A stretch of 38,026 nucleotides of DNA from Ilumatobacteraceae bacterium. Lineage in GTDB: Bacteria > Actinomycetota > Acidimicrobiia > Acidimicrobiales > Ilumatobacteraceae. The notes beneath the pieces are model-generated. The model saw nothing but the letters and a program-made list of their open reading frames with translations. It searched no databases and was not told the DNA's origin. This document shows, piece by piece, positions 36,046 to 38,026 of the stretch. The translations under genes and the position numbers were made by a program. The stretch is from assembly GCA_030727685.1 (NCBI GenBank), contig JANRBC010000029.1:1-38026 (forward strand), read 5' to 3'. Every line of letters begins with the position of its first letter. The first letter of the stretch is position 1.

Positions 36046-36810
36046 ATGAGTAAATCGAGCGGCACAGTTGCAGAGTTCGGTTTTTATCCTTTTGAAGACG
36101 TGGCATGGGCTTACGACAAACTCTGGAGCGCCACTGCAAGTCGATGTTCTTGGCTACCTAGCGAGTTAACGCGAGCTAAAGACCCGACAGAACTTTGGCA
36201 AAGTGATGGCGCCTTCATTAGTCAAACTTGTGGTTGGCCACTTGTAACTCGTCTTGCCGAAAAGGTTCGTGTGGTTGGAGCATTTCGCCAAACGACACTC
36301 GAATCTGCGAGCCACTTTTATCGAAGCGTCGTTGTCGGCAGAGTTGACGGTACTCCGTTTGACTTTCAAGGTTCTGTTGCCGCTGTCAATGGGCCCGAGA
36401 GTCTCTCTGGATGGATAAGTCTGATCGCAGCGATTCATGGGCCGCAAGAATCTTGGCGCGGGCAGGTTCGCAAGTCGGGCTCGCATTCCGAAAGTGTGCG
36501 CATGTTGTGTCGAGGCGAGGCTGATGTTGCCTCAATAGACAGCGTGACCCTCGCTCATCTTCGAAGAATTGAACCCGAGGCAATTAATTCTTTGTTCGTG
36601 ATATGCAATGGTCCGCTTGTGCCGTGTTTGCCGATAATTGCACATCGCTCAATCACTGATTTGCAATTGAGTGAACTTCGCAACGCTTTGAGCGAATCAA
36701 CCCGCGATCCGAAGATTGCTGATGCAACCTCGGCACTATTTATCGGGGGCTTTGATGCGCTCGACTTAGATGACTATTTGCCGTTGCTGAATTTAAAGCC
36801 AAACTATTAA
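36046..36810 (+). CDS. PhnD/SsuA-like substrate-binding-fold protein without a signal peptide
   Basis: 254 aa. The pattern YRSVVVGRVDG...GSVAAVNGPESLSGW...GEADVASIDSVT resembles the phosphonate-binding (PhnD-type) periplasmic binding fold. There is no N-terminal hydrophobic signal or lipobox, and no adjacent permease or ATPase. Confidence 0.55.
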   Translation: MSKSSGTVAEFGFYPFEDVAWAYDKLWSATASRCSWLPSELTRAKDPTELWQSDGAFISQTCGWPLVTRLAEKVRVVGAFRQTTLESASHFYRSVVVGRVDGTPFDFQGSVAAVNGPESLSGWISLIAAIHGPQESWRGQVRKSGSHSESVRMLCRGEADVASIDSVTLAHLRRIEPEAINSLFVICNGPLVPCLPIIAHRSITDLQLSELRNALSESTRDPKIADATSALFIGGFDALDLDDYLPLLNLKPNY

Positions 36811-36814
36811 TCAG

Positions 36815-38026
36815 TTAATTGTGTTGTTTCTTTAGGGCGTCAACTATCGCAGTTATCGCTTCAGGGTTCGCAATCGCTTCAAGATTGCGCACTGGTCGAC
36901 CGTTTACTGCATCAGCCACAGCCAATTCGACAAGTTTGTTGCTGCGCGTGCGCGGCAAGTCTGCAACTGAAATTACGACTGCAGGCACATGGCGCGGTGT
37001 GCACGCGTTGCGAATGCGTGTCTTCAAATCGCTGACGAGCAAATCTGTCAACGAAACTTCAGGTCGCAGTCTGACTGCTAGAACAATGCGCATATCGTTA
37101 TCGAGATCTTGGCCGAAAACAAGACTCTCGAGAACATCAGAGTGCTGTTCGACGACTCGATAAATTTCAGCAGTGCCGATGCGTACACCGCCCGGGTTGA
37201 GTGTTGTATCGCTGCGACCGTGAATCGTCATGCCACCATTTTTTGACCATGACGCAAAGTCGCCGTGGCTCCACATTCCTGGGAATCTCTCGAAATATGC
37301 TGCACGAAATTTTGGCCCTGGCGAACTTGGGCTAGGTAAACCCGAAGATCCATCGCCCCAGAAACCAAGTGGCACCGACGGAAATGGTTGACGGCAAACT
37401 AGCTCGCCCGCAGTATCGAAACTTTTTTTTAGCGAGAGAGTTTGGTCGTCGACGACATCAGTATCCATACCGAGACACGGACGTTGAATTTCGCCGGCAT
37501 AAACGCTGCTCGTTGGGTCGCCCGCAACGAAACATGCGCAGAGATCGGTGCCACCAGAAATTGAAGCAAGATGTGCGGCGGTCGAAACCTTCTCGTAGAC
37601 CCAAGCAAAACCTTCGGGCGCAAGCGGCGAACCAGTCGAACAAATCGTGCGCAAAGTTTTTAACGAATGTGTCGAAATCGGATTGATGTCTGACTTTCGA
37701 GCCGAGTCGATGAACTTGGCTGAAGTGCCAAGAAGTGTGAGTTGCTCTTGGTCGACAAGATCGAACAGTCGATTCATCGTCGGAAAACTTGGCGAGCCGT
37801 CATAGAGCACGGCAGTGGCGCCACTTGCGAGAACCGAGACGAGCCAGTTCCACATCATCCAACCAGTCGTTGTGAAGTACATGACTCGATCGTCGGTTTT
37901 GATGTCGCAATGCAGTTGGTGTTCTTTGAGATGCTGAAGCAATACCCCGCCGGTGCGATGCACGATACATTTCGGCACACCAGTTGTGCCCGACGAGTAA
38001 AGCACATACCAAGGATGATCAAATTC
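36815..38026 (-). CDS. Acetoacetyl-CoA synthetase (acetoacetate--CoA ligase), N-terminus beyond the window edge
   Basis: The frame is open to base 38026 (EFDHPWYVLYSSGTTGVPKCIVH...). AMP-binding motif YSSGTTGVPKC. FTTTGWMMWNW and the GRSDTTLNPGGVRIGTAEIY motifs are typical of acetoacetyl-CoA synthetases. Confidence 0.85.
   Translation of the reverse strand, partial: EFDHPWYVLYSSGTTGVPKCIVHRTGGVLLQHLKEHQLHCDIKTDDRVMYFTTTGWMMWNWLVSVLASGATAVLYDGSPSFPTMNRLFDLVDQEQLTLLGTSAKFIDSARKSDINPISTHSLKTLRTICSTGSPLAPEGFAWVYEKVSTAAHLASISGGTDLCACFVAGDPTSSVYAGEIQRPCLGMDTDVVDDQTLSLKKSFDTAGELVCRQPFPSVPLGFWGDGSSGLPSPSSPGPKFRAAYFERFPGMWSHGDFASWSKNGGMTIHGRSDTTLNPGGVRIGTAEIYRVVEQHSDVLESLVFGQDLDNDMRIVLAVRLRPEVSLTDLLVSDLKTRIRNACTPRHVPAVVISVADLPRTRSNKLVELAVADAVNGRPVRNLEAIANPEAITAIVDALKKQHN

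Noticed and set aside
1-38026. A search for CRISPR arrays, tRNA/rRNA genes, IS elements, integrases, prophage genes, toxin-antitoxin pairs and riboswitch-sized leaders.
   Set aside because: No non-coding stretch exceeds ~170 nt, and I saw no spaced direct repeats. No ORF has transposase, integrase or recombinase motifs. The 49-50-nt gaps flanking glyQS are too short for a T-box leader.

Overview
This is a densely packed chromosomal window: about 97% coding, with no gap over 170 nt and many 1-46 nt gene overlaps. It looks like a streamlined Actinomycetota-type genome, which is an inference from gene content: an MtrAB/LpqB-like module, an Rv1855c-type F420-dependent LLM oxidoreductase, classical menaquinone genes, and phoH-ybeY-CBS/era/recO blocks. 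I support 37 protein genes. They are: acpP (5' partial)-fabF, convergent fabZ, and trpC-trpF-trpB-trpA with an ABM-domain gene. Next come glyQS, recO, a degenerate UppS-like gene divergent from uppS, and dinG. Then an OmpR-family regulator divergent from an MtrB-like kinase plus a small GerMN lipoprotein. An AT-rich YfhO/GT-C-like membrane protein sits directly downstream of era. After that come a small membrane protein, MaoC dehydratase, LLM oxidoreductase and an acyl-CoA dehydrogenase. The men cluster is menG-menF, menD, menH, menA and menE, followed by an MFS transporter and an SDR. The window ends with CNNM/CBS-ybeY-phoH, a hypothetical gene divergent from a 10-TM GGDEF-EAL protein, gdh, a signal-less PhnD-like protein and a partial acetoacetyl-CoA synthetase. 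I found no tRNA, rRNA, CRISPR array, transposase, integrase or obvious defence gene. The most interesting observation is the cis-prenyltransferase pair. The catalytically intact UppS lacks the conserved C-terminal RXG tail. The adjacent catalytically dead paralogue keeps exactly that tail (RRDRRFGG). This split mirrors eukaryotic DHDDS/NgBR heteromers and suggests a bacterial heteromeric cis-prenyltransferase. Other observations are modest: a Bcp-like micro-ORF remnant coupled to fabZ, an inverted response regulator with a mini-LpqB, a GC-rich hairpin, an AT-rich glycosyltransferase-like gene, and orphan genes of unknown function.
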